Source: Verrucomicrobiota bacterium (lineage in GTDB: Bacteria; Verrucomicrobiota; Verrucomicrobiia; Limisphaerales; Palsa-1400). From it: DNA of 64,000 nt. The stretch's first letter is position 1. The number at the start of each line of letters is the position of its first letter. Location: assembly GCA_049510745.1 (NCBI GenBank), contig JBEKYR010000016.1, positions 1-64,000 on the forward strand, written 5' to 3'. Below are positions 18,916 through 28,209 of this stretch, piece by piece. The translations under genes and the position numbers were made by a program. The notes beneath the pieces are model-generated. The model saw nothing but the letters and a program-made list of their open reading frames with translations. It was not told where the DNA came from and searched no databases.

Positions 18916-18978
18916 GCCAGACCGCTGCGAATCGAGTTTGCGGGAGCGCTCTACCACGTGATGGCGCGAGGGAATTAG
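18916..18978 (+). pseudogene. N-terminal remnant of an HUH/Y1 (RAYT-like) transposase
   Basis: ARPLRIEFAGALYHVMARGN* is the canonical N-terminus of this Y1_Tnp group; start codon lost. Confidence 0.8.
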
Positions 18979-19012
18979 TGAATAGGCGAATCAGTGAGTT
19001 AGTGAATGGGGG

Positions 19013-19990
19013 CTATTCGAGGAAGGCGCCGGGGGGGAGTTCGTGGCCGGCGAGGAATTCCGGCGCGCTCATTCTTCGGGCGCTTTCCGGTTGCAGTTCG
19101 TCCACTCGCAGGGCGTCGGTTCCGCAGGCGATGATTAATCCGGCGCGGTCGGCTTGTAACACCTCGCCCGGACGGCCTTGGCGCGGCTCGGTTTGCGCCC
19201 GCCAGATTTTCAAGAGGCGGCGCCGCCCTTGGCACGTCCAGAAGGCGTACGCGCCCGGCCAGGGCGTGAAGGCGCGCACCCGGTTCCGCAGTGCCAGCGC
19301 GGATTGCAGCCAGTCCAGGCGGCCGTCTTCCTTCGTGATTTTGCGGGCGTAGCTGGCGCGGGCCTCGTCTTGCGGTTTGGGTGTGATTTCGCCGGCGGCG
19401 TAGCGCGGGAGCGTCGAAACGAGCAATTCGGCGCCCAGCACGGCCAGCCGGTCGTGCAGGCTGGCGGCGGTTTCGTCAGGGCCGATGGGCGTGGCGCTCT
19501 GGCTCAGAATGCCGCCGGTGTCCAGTCCCGCGGCCATCTGCATGATCGTGACGCCCGTTTCCGGGTCGTTGTTGAGAATGGCCCATTGGATCGGCGCGGC
19601 TCCGCGGTACTTGGGCAGCAAGGAGGCGTGGACGTTGAGGCAGCCGAGCCTGGGCAAATCCAGAATCGACTGCGGAAGCATCTGCCCGTACGCCGCCACG
19701 ATGATGACCTCCGGGTTGAACTCGGCCAGGCGCTTTAAGAAAGCGGGGTCCCGCGCTTGTTCGGGCTGCAAGAGCGGAAGGCCGGCGGCCAGGGCCAATT
19801 TTTTCACCGGGGACGGCTGCGGCTTCAAGTCGCGCCCCTTGGGGCGGTCGGGCTGCGTGACGGCGGCGCGGACGGCGAATTGATCGGATTGCAGGAGGGC
19901 GCGCAAACTGGCGCAGGCCATCTCGGCGGTGCCCATGAAGACGAGGGGGAGCGCCCGAATCGTTAGCGATGTGTTCATTCTGTTCACCAT
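19013..19990 (-). CDS. fmt: Methionyl-tRNA formyltransferase
   Basis: VFMGT, VTQPDRPKGR, NVHASLLPKYRGAAPIQWA, LDTG, PWPGA. Confidence 0.96.
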   Translation of the reverse strand: MVNRMNTSLTIRALPLVFMGTAEMACASLRALLQSDQFAVRAAVTQPDRPKGRDLKPQPSPVKKLALAAGLPLLQPEQARDPAFLKRLAEFNPEVIIVAAYGQMLPQSILDLPRLGCLNVHASLLPKYRGAAPIQWAILNNDPETGVTIMQMAAGLDTGGILSQSATPIGPDETAASLHDRLAVLGAELLVSTLPRYAAGEITPKPQDEARASYARKITKEDGRLDWLQSALALRNRVRAFTPWPGAYAFWTCQGRRRLLKIWRAQTEPRQGRPGEVLQADRAGLIIACGTDALRVDELQPESARRMSAPEFLAGHELPPGAFLE

Positions 19991-20040
19991 AGGGTGAAAT
20001 TGGCCACGGAATGAGTTCCGGCGGCGGCGGAGATGTCAGT

Positions 20041-20122
20041 GGACGCGGGGCGCCGCGTCCCTACCGAATATGGGCTCCGTCGGCGGCACACCGACGGATG
20101 CGGTCGAGACGACCGCGCTCCC
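20041..20122. repeat. REP cluster: GTAG-type REP (minus strand, 20041-20065) plus GCTCCC-type double hairpin (20077-20122)
   Basis: GGACGCGG..CCGCGTCC-CTACC; CCGTCGG..CCGACGG; GCGGTCG..CGACCGC-GCTCCC. Confidence 0.65.
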
Positions 20123-20167
20123 GAAAAAGTCGGCAAGGATCGGGGTGGGAGCGGCATCGGGTTTGAC

Positions 20168-21130
20168 TTAAACGGAGTCTTTGTGCCGGATTTGCACTTC
20201 AAGAATTTCCACGAACGGGATCACCTCGTCCGCCGTGGCCCCTTTGTTGAAGACTTGCAGGGTAAGGTCGGACGGGGTGGCGTGCGTGATGCGGCGTCCG
20301 ACGAATTCGCCGCGGCTGGCCTTGATCAACAGGACAAGGTCCTTCTCGGCGTCGGTCGGAATGACGCGGAAGAAACCGGCGAACCTGGTTTCGAAGAAGC
20401 GCCGGTTAAACAGGTATTCGCCGCGGGAAAAAACAATCGGCTCCGGCAACGCCGGTTGAGGCGCGGCGGCAGGCGCGGAATCGGCCGATGCGCCAGGCAT
20501 GGCCAGAGGGGCCGCCGACAGCGGGGCAGGTTCCCCGCCCGAGGGGGCTGTTGGCGGCGCAGCGGCCTCCGGGGACTTGAGATTGGGCGGCATAGCCATG
20601 TAAATGATCGGACTCAACACGCCGAACAGCGGGATGGCGGCCAGTCCGCAAACAGTGGCCGGGCGTTGAAACCGGTAGAGGGCGACTTCGTAGGCGGCGA
20701 ACAAATTGGCGCCATACAGAATCAGCAGGATCACCCAGCCCACCGGACTGCCAAACAAGGCGAAAATGCCGAGGTTGCGGGTGGGGCGCGCCGGGGGTGT
20801 GATCGGTGTGACTACAAGCTCCTTGCGCTTGACTTGGGCTTCCGGGAGGTTGTCCACCAACGGCTCGAGCAGTTCTTTGTCGTTGGGGGATTTGGCAAAT
20901 GCCTGCAACTCGCGCAAGGCGGTGGGCGTCAACTTGTCCCAGGAAATGCGGGCCGGGACGGAGCCGTCATCCAGTTTGAACTGGACGCCCAATTCGGTCA
21001 GCGAAACAGGCTCGCCGTAAATGGTTGTTCCATCGGTCAGCGGGAAGGGATCGGCGGTCGCGACACGGGCTGCCGCGACCATCCAACAAAGCAGGATAAA
21101 GCCAAACCATCGCATGCCGTCCGCTTGCAT
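20168..21130 (-). CDS. Hypothetical membrane protein (signal peptide, small periplasmic domain, about 2 TM segments, Pro/Ala linker, C-terminal beta domain)
   Basis: 320-aa ORF co-oriented with nnr and fmt; typical codon bias. Confidence 0.75.
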   Translation of the reverse strand: MQADGMRWFGFILLCWMVAAARVATADPFPLTDGTTIYGEPVSLTELGVQFKLDDGSVPARISWDKLTPTALRELQAFAKSPNDKELLEPLVDNLPEAQVKRKELVVTPITPPARPTRNLGIFALFGSPVGWVILLILYGANLFAAYEVALYRFQRPATVCGLAAIPLFGVLSPIIYMAMPPNLKSPEAAAPPTAPSGGEPAPLSAAPLAMPGASADSAPAAAPQPALPEPIVFSRGEYLFNRRFFETRFAGFFRVIPTDAEKDLVLLIKASRGEFVGRRITHATPSDLTLQVFNKGATADEVIPFVEILEVQIRHKDSV

Positions 21131-21159
21131 AACAAATGCTTGCGGGCAAAGAAAGCAAT

Positions 21160-22593
21160 TTATCGGAGCGTTGGCGGGATTCTGCCCAGAAACTGGTCCA
21201 GTTCATCCACGATCCAGTTCGGCGCCAATTTGCAGAGATGGTCGGCGGCGGCGCCGTGCTGCCAAACGCCAAAGCGTATGGCCAGGAGCGGGTCGGCTGC
21301 CCAGTGCGGTTGGGCCAGCAAGCCGGTCAAGTAGCCCGCCAACAAATCGCCGCTGCCGCCCTGGGCCAAGGAGGGGTTGCCCGAGCTATTGACGAAAACG
21401 TCGCCGGTCGAGCGTCCGACCAGGGATTGATGACCTTTGAGCACGACCCAGCACCCGCCGAATTTACTTGACAGTTGGCGCAACGACCCCAGGCGGTCCG
21501 ACTGCACCTGCGCGGCGGAGCAGCCCAGGAGGCGTCCGGCTTCGCCCGGATGGGGAGTGATGACGCGGAGGGCCTGGGCGGGGGTTGGGCCGGGAGTGAG
21601 CCAGTCAAGGGCGCTGGCATCGACGAGGATGACGCGGGGCGACGAGCGCCAGTGGGAGCGCATTTCCTCTTTGAGCGCCTCCGGCAGTCCTTCCGCCGCC
21701 AGGCCGGGGCCGAAGAGCATGGCGGTGCAGGATTTTGGCGGAAGCCGGCCCGGCTGCCAGGGCAGGACCATGGCGGACTGAAGTTGCGCGGCGACGGGGA
21801 GATAAACCGATTCCTGCGGGAAAGCGGTGACCAAACCCGGTCCAGCGCGCAAGGCGCCGCGCGCCGCCAGAACACACGCGCCGTGGAAGCCGAAGCTCCC
21901 GGCGAAGATAGCGGCGTGGCCGTAATCACCCTTGTTGGCGGCGACTGGGCGCGGGGGAGGAAGGGCGGCAAAGTCTTCGGGCAGCGTCCAGTTCAACTCA
22001 CTCTGGAGAGGGCAGGGGACCAGTCCGATTTGCGGCACGACCTCGACCATTCCGGCAAAGGCGGGAGCCTTGAGCAAGCCCGTCTTGGGGGCGGCCAAGG
22101 TCAGAGTCAGCGTGGCCTTGATCGCGGCGCCTTCCGTCGCGCCGGTGTCGGCGTTCAAGCCGGAGGGGACATCCACCGCCAGGATGGGAATGGCCGCCGC
22201 ATTGACGGCCTCGATCAGCGCGCGCCAAGGGGCATCCAGGGGGCGATTGAGGCCGATGCCAAAAAGGCCATCGATGATCCAGCGGGGGTGTTTTGCGCTC
22301 CGGGCCTGGAGGTGTTGGGAAAACTCGGCCAAACCCTGGGCGGGGTCCGCCACGTCGATCAAGAGCACGTCGCGCGACGCCAGATGAGGAGGGATGGCGC
22401 GGGCATCATCGCCGTTATGGCCCTTGCCGGCGAGAATCCACAGGGCATCGCCCGGCTCGGTCAGCGCCAAAATGCGCAGGGCCAGGAGGCGGCCGACCTC
22501 GTGGATCACGGCGTCGGCGGATTTGCCCGCGGCCCAGGAGGCGGATTCCCACTGGCGCATCTGGGCGACGGAAATGACGGGAATTTTCGGCAA
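21160..22593 (-). CDS. nnr: Bifunctional NAD(P)H-hydrate epimerase/dehydratase
   Basis: GKGHNGDD, IDGLFGIG, AVDVPSG, ANKGDYG, ITPHPGEA, GGSGDLLAG. Confidence 0.93.
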   Translation of the reverse strand: MPKIPVISVAQMRQWESASWAAGKSADAVIHEVGRLLALRILALTEPGDALWILAGKGHNGDDARAIPPHLASRDVLLIDVADPAQGLAEFSQHLQARSAKHPRWIIDGLFGIGLNRPLDAPWRALIEAVNAAAIPILAVDVPSGLNADTGATEGAAIKATLTLTLAAPKTGLLKAPAFAGMVEVVPQIGLVPCPLQSELNWTLPEDFAALPPPRPVAANKGDYGHAAIFAGSFGFHGACVLAARGALRAGPGLVTAFPQESVYLPVAAQLQSAMVLPWQPGRLPPKSCTAMLFGPGLAAEGLPEALKEEMRSHWRSSPRVILVDASALDWLTPGPTPAQALRVITPHPGEAGRLLGCSAAQVQSDRLGSLRQLSSKFGGCWVVLKGHQSLVGRSTGDVFVNSSGNPSLAQGGSGDLLAGYLTGLLAQPHWAADPLLAIRFGVWQHGAAADHLCKLAPNWIVDELDQFLGRIPPTLR

Positions 22594-22605
22594 GGGTCGA
22601 ATTTT

Positions 22606-22637
22606 AGTTTAAAGTTTAAAGTTTAAAGTTTAAAGTT
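22606..22637. repeat. Heptamer tandem repeat (AGTTTAA)x4 in the nnr/nadC divergent region
   Basis: agtttaaagtttaaagtttaaagtttaaagtt. Confidence 0.9.
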
Positions 22638-23523
22638 GACCATTAAACCGTGCATTCGTTTGCGCGGATTTTCAACGTTGAATTTTGAACTTGAATTGGT
22701 GCGCCAGGCCTTGCGCGAGGACATCGGCGCGGGAGATGCGACGACGCTGGCCACGGTGCCGGCGGAGGCGGTGGCGTCGGCGGTCATGGCCGCCCGCGAG
22801 CCGCTGGTTGTGTGCGGCTTGCCGCTGGCCGAAGCGGTTTTCAAGGAGGTCTCCGGCGCCATCGAAATTGACCGCCAGGCCGAAGAGGGCCAGCGGGCGA
22901 AAAGGGGAGAGAGCCTGATGCGGCTGCGCGGGCCGGCCCGGGCGCTGCTGACGGCGGAGCGGGTGGCATTGAATTTTGTGCAGCGGCTCTCGGGAGTGGC
23001 GACGTTGACGGCGCGGTTTGTCGAGGCGGTGGCGGGGACGAAGGCCCGCATATTGGACACGCGCAAGACCACCCCCGGATGGCGTCAACTGGAAAAATAC
23101 GCGGTGACCCAGGGCGGCGGCGGCAACCACCGTTTCGGCCTCTACGACCGCATTCTGATCAAGGACAATCATCTGGCCGCCTTGCGCCGCGAGGCGCCCA
23201 ACGCGATCGAGGCGGCCGTGCGCCGCGCGCGGGCGAAATACCCGCAGATGGAGGTGGAGGTGGAGGCCGACACGCTGGAACAAGTGGAGCAGGCGCTGCT
23301 GGCGCGGGCCGACATAATTTTGTTTGACAATATGTCCGTCGAGGAATTGCGCGCCGCCGTCTGGCTGGTCAACGGCCGGGCCAAAACCGAGGCCAGCGGA
23401 AGCGTTTCCCTCGCCAGCGTCCGGGCCATCGCGGAAACGGGGGTCGATTTCATATCCGTCGGCGCGCTGACCCATTCGGCGCGGGCGTCGGACATCGGGC
23501 TGGATTTCGAGGAATTGGCATGA
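22636..23523 (+). CDS. nadC: Nicotinate-nucleotide diphosphorylase (quinolinate phosphoribosyltransferase); start uncertain
   Basis: ALREDIGAGDATT, ERVALN, DTRKTTPG, NHRFGLYD, IKDNH, EASG. Confidence 0.96.
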   Translation: MTIKPCIRLRGFSTLNFELELVRQALREDIGAGDATTLATVPAEAVASAVMAAREPLVVCGLPLAEAVFKEVSGAIEIDRQAEEGQRAKRGESLMRLRGPARALLTAERVALNFVQRLSGVATLTARFVEAVAGTKARILDTRKTTPGWRQLEKYAVTQGGGGNHRFGLYDRILIKDNHLAALRREAPNAIEAAVRRARAKYPQMEVEVEADTLEQVEQALLARADIILFDNMSVEELRAAVWLVNGRAKTEASGSVSLASVRAIAETGVDFISVGALTHSARASDIGLDFEELA

Positions 23524-24494
23524 CGGTGGACGCGAAAATCCTCAGCGCGTTGCGCGAGATGCCGTGGGGCGTTTCCGGAGCGGAGTTGTCGCGCAAGCTG
23601 GGCATAACGCGGGCGGGCGTTTGGGGGCACATCGAGCAATTGCGCGAGGCGGGCTACGACATCGAGGCCAGTCCGCATCTGGGCTACCGCCTGCTGGCGT
23701 CGCCCGACGCGCTGCACGGCGACGACCTTTCTTCGCGCCTGGGGCGGACGCGTGTGATTGGGCGCGAGATTCAAGTGTTCCAGGAAACCACCTCGACCAA
23801 CGATGTCGCCGCGCGCCTGGCCCGGGGGGGCGCCGAGGAAGGGGCGGTGGTTTTCGCCGAGTCGCAGAGCAAAGGCCGCGGGCGGATGGGGCGGCGGTGG
23901 ATTTCGCCGGCGGGCAAGGGCCTCTGGTTCACCGTTCTGCTCCGGCCCGACATTGCGCCCAGCGGGGCGACGCAACTGACGGTGGCCGCCGCGACCGCGC
24001 TCTGCCGCGCCATCGCGGTGCAAACGGGCATCGTTGCCGAGATCAAATGGCCCAACGACATTTTGATCCGCGGCCGGAAAGTCGCCGGCATCCTGACGGA
24101 GATGAGCGCGGAGCTGGATCATTTGAAGGAACTTCTTTTGGGCATCGGCATGGACGTGAACCTTGAGGCGGGGGATTTTCCGCCGTCGCTGCGGAAGACG
24201 GCCACGTCGCTGCAAATCGAGACGGGGCAGAAAGTCAACCGCTCGGAACTGGCCGTGACGATTTTGCGGGAGTTGGACCGCGACTACGACCTTGTCAAGA
24301 AAGGGCAGTTTGAGGTCCTGGCCGAGCAATGGCAGGAACAATGCAGCACGCTGGGCTGCCAGGTTTGCATTCGGGTGGGCGACCGGGTCATCCGTGGCCG
24401 GGCGGAGTCGCTGGACGACGACGGGGCGTTGCTGGTGCGCGCCCAGCACGGGCACCTGGAACGGATCATCGGCGGCGATGTGACCGTCGGATAA
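23520..24494 (+). CDS. birA: Bifunctional biotin-protein ligase / biotin operon repressor (group II, N-terminal wHTH)
   Basis: SGAELSRKLGITRAGVWGHIEQL HTH; GRGRMGRRW, KWPND, KVAGIL. Confidence 0.95.
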   Translation: MTVDAKILSALREMPWGVSGAELSRKLGITRAGVWGHIEQLREAGYDIEASPHLGYRLLASPDALHGDDLSSRLGRTRVIGREIQVFQETTSTNDVAARLARGGAEEGAVVFAESQSKGRGRMGRRWISPAGKGLWFTVLLRPDIAPSGATQLTVAAATALCRAIAVQTGIVAEIKWPNDILIRGRKVAGILTEMSAELDHLKELLLGIGMDVNLEAGDFPPSLRKTATSLQIETGQKVNRSELAVTILRELDRDYDLVKKGQFEVLAEQWQEQCSTLGCQVCIRVGDRVIRGRAESLDDDGALLVRAQHGHLERIIGGDVTVG

Positions 24495-24719
24495 CGACGG
24501 TCGTCGAAGGATGAAGGATGAAGTGCGGCATGGAGGGGAAGGGTGAAAAGGCATTTCTTGGAATGCGGGCATTGATTTACAGGCAGTTGCGCAGTCCGAC
24601 CCCTCCAGTCGGCCAAGGCGGGGTAGCGGTGAAGGGCATTTGGTGCTATGTTGGCGGAGGAAAGGGTGGGGGATAATGCTCAAGCCGCCCCGCAAAAACA
24701 CCGATACCAGTAATAGTCT

Positions 24720-27700
24720 ATGACAGTCTTACGTGCTTCAACCGCCGGCTTTTGGCGGCGTGGCATCGTTGCAGGCGTTTGTTCTGCCTGGGCGGCGCTG
24801 GCTGCGGCACAGAGCGGAGCTCCCGCGGCTGCTCCGCCGCTGTTGCTGTCGAACATTTCACAGATTTGGAGCGTGCCCGGAGAGGCGGCCCGGCAGCCGC
24901 AACGGATCAAGACAGAGGTGGTGATTTATTACATCGATCCAGACTGGAAGTGCGGCTGGGGCGAATGCCAGAGGATGCCCACCTACCTCCCCATTTACGA
25001 TTCCCCAATGCCGATAAAAGCCGGCCAGCGCCTGGCCATTGACGGGCTGATCAATCCCGCGCAGGAGCGATTTCTATGGGACAATACAAGAATCCAGGTG
25101 CTGGAGGATGGGGTGTGGCCCCCAGCTTTGACCGTTTCTGATTTGAGAAGCCATGCCGCCGACCTCAACGGACATCTTGTCTCCGTGCAAGGACTGGTTG
25201 ACCACCTCCAAATAGGGGACGGGAAGCATGTCAAGATCGACTTTCTTTCCGACGCCGTCCAAGCCGCAGCCTATGTGCGCACCGACACCACCGACCTCCC
25301 GTTGCCGTTCAAGGAAGGCGATTACGTCCGCCTGAGGGCCGTATATGTTCCAAGGCTCGACCGCGATGGAAGCGTCATCCAGTCGGAACTCTGGGTCGCC
25401 CGACGGGCGGACGTGGAGGTGACAGGCTCATTGAGCAAGGACCCGCGTTTTGCAATCCCCGCAACGCCGGTTGAAAAAATCCTCGCAGAAAGTCCGGCTG
25501 ACCAGATGATACGGGTGGAGGGAATTGTGCGCAACCACGAGCCGGGCAAGTGGGTCACGCTGTGGGACGACACCGGGCAAGTCAGCGTGCAGAGCGGGCA
25601 ACTCCATCCGTTGCGATCTGGCGAGCGGGTGGAAGCCATTGGTTTCCCTCGCGTGCTGGGAGTGCAGCAGTGTCTGCGAAACGCTCTCTACCGCGTCGTG
25701 GAAGAGGCGGGTCAAACGAATTCGGCAGCGATCGCGGTTTCCCCGTCCGCACCGATTCGTCTGGCGGCGCGAATCCAGGACCTCACTCCCGATGAAGTCA
25801 AGCGCCACCCCTCGGTCCAACTTCGGGCCGTGCTGACGTGGTCGCACCCCGACACGAGCTTCGCGTATGTCCAGGACGCCAGTGGCGGCATTCGGGTGGT
25901 CGAGCCAAGGTGGCAAGACACCAATCTGGGGCCGGGAACAATCGTCACCGTTCGCGGAGAAGTGGCGGAGGGCAATTATGTGCCGGTGGTTACCAACGCC
26001 GTCATCAGGCGTGCCGGCTGGTGGGGATTTGATCCGCCGCGGCCGGTGAGCCTGGAGCAGGCGCTGACCGGAGTGGAGGAGGGCCGTTGGGTGGAGATGC
26101 GCGGCTTTGTCCGCAAAGTTTCCCAAGTCAAGGGCTTGACCCAATTGGAACTCAGAACCACTGGCGGCGGGTTCAAGGCACGGGTAGCAACCACCCCGGC
26201 CCTTGGCCCGCTTCTCGGCTGCGTCGTGCGCATCGACGGAGTCTGCGCGGTCACCGCCAACGACCGGCGACAACTGACTGGCGTCCAAATCTGGGCTCCC
26301 GATCAAAACAATATCAAGGTCGAAGAACCGGCGCCGGCGGACCCGTTCACCGCCGAATTCCGCCGGCTGGGAGATCTGAGGCGGTACAACTCGCAAAACG
26401 ATTTGAATCAGCGCGTGAGGACCGTCGGCACGGTGGTGCTGCACCAAGCGGGCCGTTACCTCTACCTCCAGGACGGCCCGGACAGTGTTTTTGCGTTGAG
26501 CCAACAGGAGGGCCATTTGCAGCCTGGCGACCGGGTGGAAATAGTGGGTTTTCCAGACAATGAACGCGGGAGATTTTTGTTGCGCGAAGCTGATTTCCGG
26601 CGTCTCTCCAGCGGCGCCGAACCGGCCCCGTTCCCGTTGCCCGCTGGTGACGCGGCGAATATGCACTTGGAAGGATTGCTGTCCAAAGCGGAAGGCATCC
26701 TGCTGAACACCGTGCAAAAGGACGACCGCGTGCAGGTGCTCATACGGAGGGGTGACTTCACCTTTGAAGCGAGCCTGGAGTCGGCCGATGGCGTCACGGC
26801 GAGAAAGCTGCGCGGGCTGCCCATCGGCAGCCGGCTTGCTGTGACCGGCGTCTATGAGGTGCAAGACGACGAGTATGGCAGGCCCGGCGCACTTGTTCTC
26901 CTGCTGCGCTCGGGGGATGATGTGCGGATTCTGGACCAGCCGTCGTGGTGGACATTGCCGCGGCTGCTGGCGGTGCTTGTTGTTGTCGTCGTCGTCTTTG
27001 TGATTTCCCTGATCTGGGGGTTTTTGATTTCCCGGAAGAACTTACTCCTGCGCCAGGCCCAGGCCGAACTCCAGACCGCCAACAGCCGGCTGGAAGCGCG
27101 TGTGCGCGAGCGCACCCAGGAACTGGAGGAACAAGTCGAGGCCAAGGAACGGGCGCGGGCCGAATTGGCCCAGGCGCAACAAACTCTGGTGCGGGCCTCG
27201 CGTCGCGCCGGCATGGCGGAAGTGGCCACCGGAGTTCTGCATAACGTGGGCAACGTTCTGAACAGCGTGAATGTCTCGGCCTCTTGTCTGCGCGATCAGG
27301 CCCGGCATTTGCCCGTCGAATACGTCAGCCAGACGGCATCCCTTCTCCACCAGCCTCGCGAAGAACTGGCCCGCTTTCTGTGTGAGGATCCCAAAGGCCG
27401 GACGGTGCCGGAGTTCCTGGCCAAACTGGGTGAAACGCTTGCCAGGAAGAAACAAGCGCTGGCCGCCGAGATTGAGTCGCTCACCAAGAACGTCGAACAC
27501 ATCAACGCCATCGTTTCGATGCAGCAGGACCACGCCCGAGTCGGCGGCGTGCTGGAGGAATTGCAGATCAAGGACGTTGTGGAGGACGCCATTCGGATCA
27601 ACGCCGCCGCCTTTGACCGGCACGGCATCGAGTTGGTGCGCCATTACCAACCGGTCAATGGGGCGCTGCTCGACCGCCACAAACTGATGCAAATCCTCGT

Positions 27701-28022
27701 CAACCTCCTGCAGAACGCGAAGCACGCCGTGGAGGAACGGGCTTCCGGCAGACAAATCGTCGTTTCGCTTTCCACGCCCGCGGCCAATCGCGCGCGAGTG
27801 ACGGTGGCGGACAACGGGGTGGGGATCGCGTCGGAAAACCTGAACCGCATTTTTTCGCAGGGTTTCACGACGCGCAAAGAAGGGCACGGTTTTGGCCTGC
27901 ACAACGGCGCCCTGGTCGCCCGCGAACTGGGGGGTTCCCTGAGCGTGCATAGCGACGGCCTGGGCCAAGGCGCCGACTTCACGCTGGAATTCCTCTGCCG
28001 TCCAAACAACGGCGCCGAATAG
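24720..28022 (+). CDS. Sensor histidine kinase with large extracytoplasmic region of repeated OB-fold-like modules
   Basis: Signal peptide; [21 protein letters not shown]-box [11 protein letters not shown]-box NLLQNA, DNGVG, GHGFGL. Confidence 0.9.
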   Translation: MTVLRASTAGFWRRGIVAGVCSAWAALAAAQSGAPAAAPPLLLSNISQIWSVPGEAARQPQRIKTEVVIYYIDPDWKCGWGECQRMPTYLPIYDSPMPIKAGQRLAIDGLINPAQERFLWDNTRIQVLEDGVWPPALTVSDLRSHAADLNGHLVSVQGLVDHLQIGDGKHVKIDFLSDAVQAAAYVRTDTTDLPLPFKEGDYVRLRAVYVPRLDRDGSVIQSELWVARRADVEVTGSLSKDPRFAIPATPVEKILAESPADQMIRVEGIVRNHEPGKWVTLWDDTGQVSVQSGQLHPLRSGERVEAIGFPRVLGVQQCLRNALYRVVEEAGQTNSAAIAVSPSAPIRLAARIQDLTPDEVKRHPSVQLRAVLTWSHPDTSFAYVQDASGGIRVVEPRWQDTNLGPGTIVTVRGEVAEGNYVPVVTNAVIRRAGWWGFDPPRPVSLEQALTGVEEGRWVEMRGFVRKVSQVKGLTQLELRTTGGGFKARVATTPALGPLLGCVVRIDGVCAVTANDRRQLTGVQIWAPDQNNIKVEEPAPADPFTAEFRRLGDLRRYNSQNDLNQRVRTVGTVVLHQAGRYLYLQDGPDSVFALSQQEGHLQPGDRVEIVGFPDNERGRFLLREADFRRLSSGAEPAPFPLPAGDAANMHLEGLLSKAEGILLNTVQKDDRVQVLIRRGDFTFEASLESADGVTARKLRGLPIGSRLAVTGVYEVQDDEYGRPGALVLLLRSGDDVRILDQPSWWTLPRLLAVLVVVVVVFVISLIWGFLISRKNLLLRQAQAELQTANSRLEARVRERTQELEEQVEAKERARAELAQAQQTLVRASRRAGMAEVATGVLHNVGNVLNSVNVSASCLRDQARHLPVEYVSQTASLLHQPREELARFLCEDPKGRTVPEFLAKLGETLARKKQALAAEIESLTKNVEHINAIVSMQQDHARVGGVLEELQIKDVVEDAIRINAAAFDRHGIELVRHYQPVNGALLDRHKLMQILVNLLQNAKHAVEERASGRQIVVSLSTPAANRARVTVADNGVGIASENLNRIFSQGFTTRKEGHGFGLHNGALVARELGGSLSVHSDGLGQGADFTLEFLCRPNNGAE

Positions 28023-28033
28023 GCAACGCTGTC

Positions 28034-28141
28034 AAAGGGTCCGCCCCCTCCCCCGCCGCGCGGCGCGCGCAGGCCGGAAGGACATGATTATAAGGACTGA
28101 CCCTTTTCCAGGACAGACCCTTGTTATAGCACTGACCCTTT
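28034..28141. repeat. Three direct copies of AG(G/C)AC(T/A)GACCCTT plus one inverted degenerate copy
   Basis: Copies start at 28093, 28110 and 28128; inverted AAAGGGTCCGCCC at 28034-28046. Confidence 0.8.
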
Positions 28142-28209
28142 CAATGGAATGCCCCTTTTACGGCCATGCGGGGCGCCTCCCCGGCGCCACGGCGGAGCCG
28201 CGCGGGCGT

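Noticed and set aside
28093..28141. CRISPR array
   Set aside because: Repeats are about 14 bp with 3-4-bp spacers, and there are no cas genes. No CRISPR array was seen anywhere in the window.
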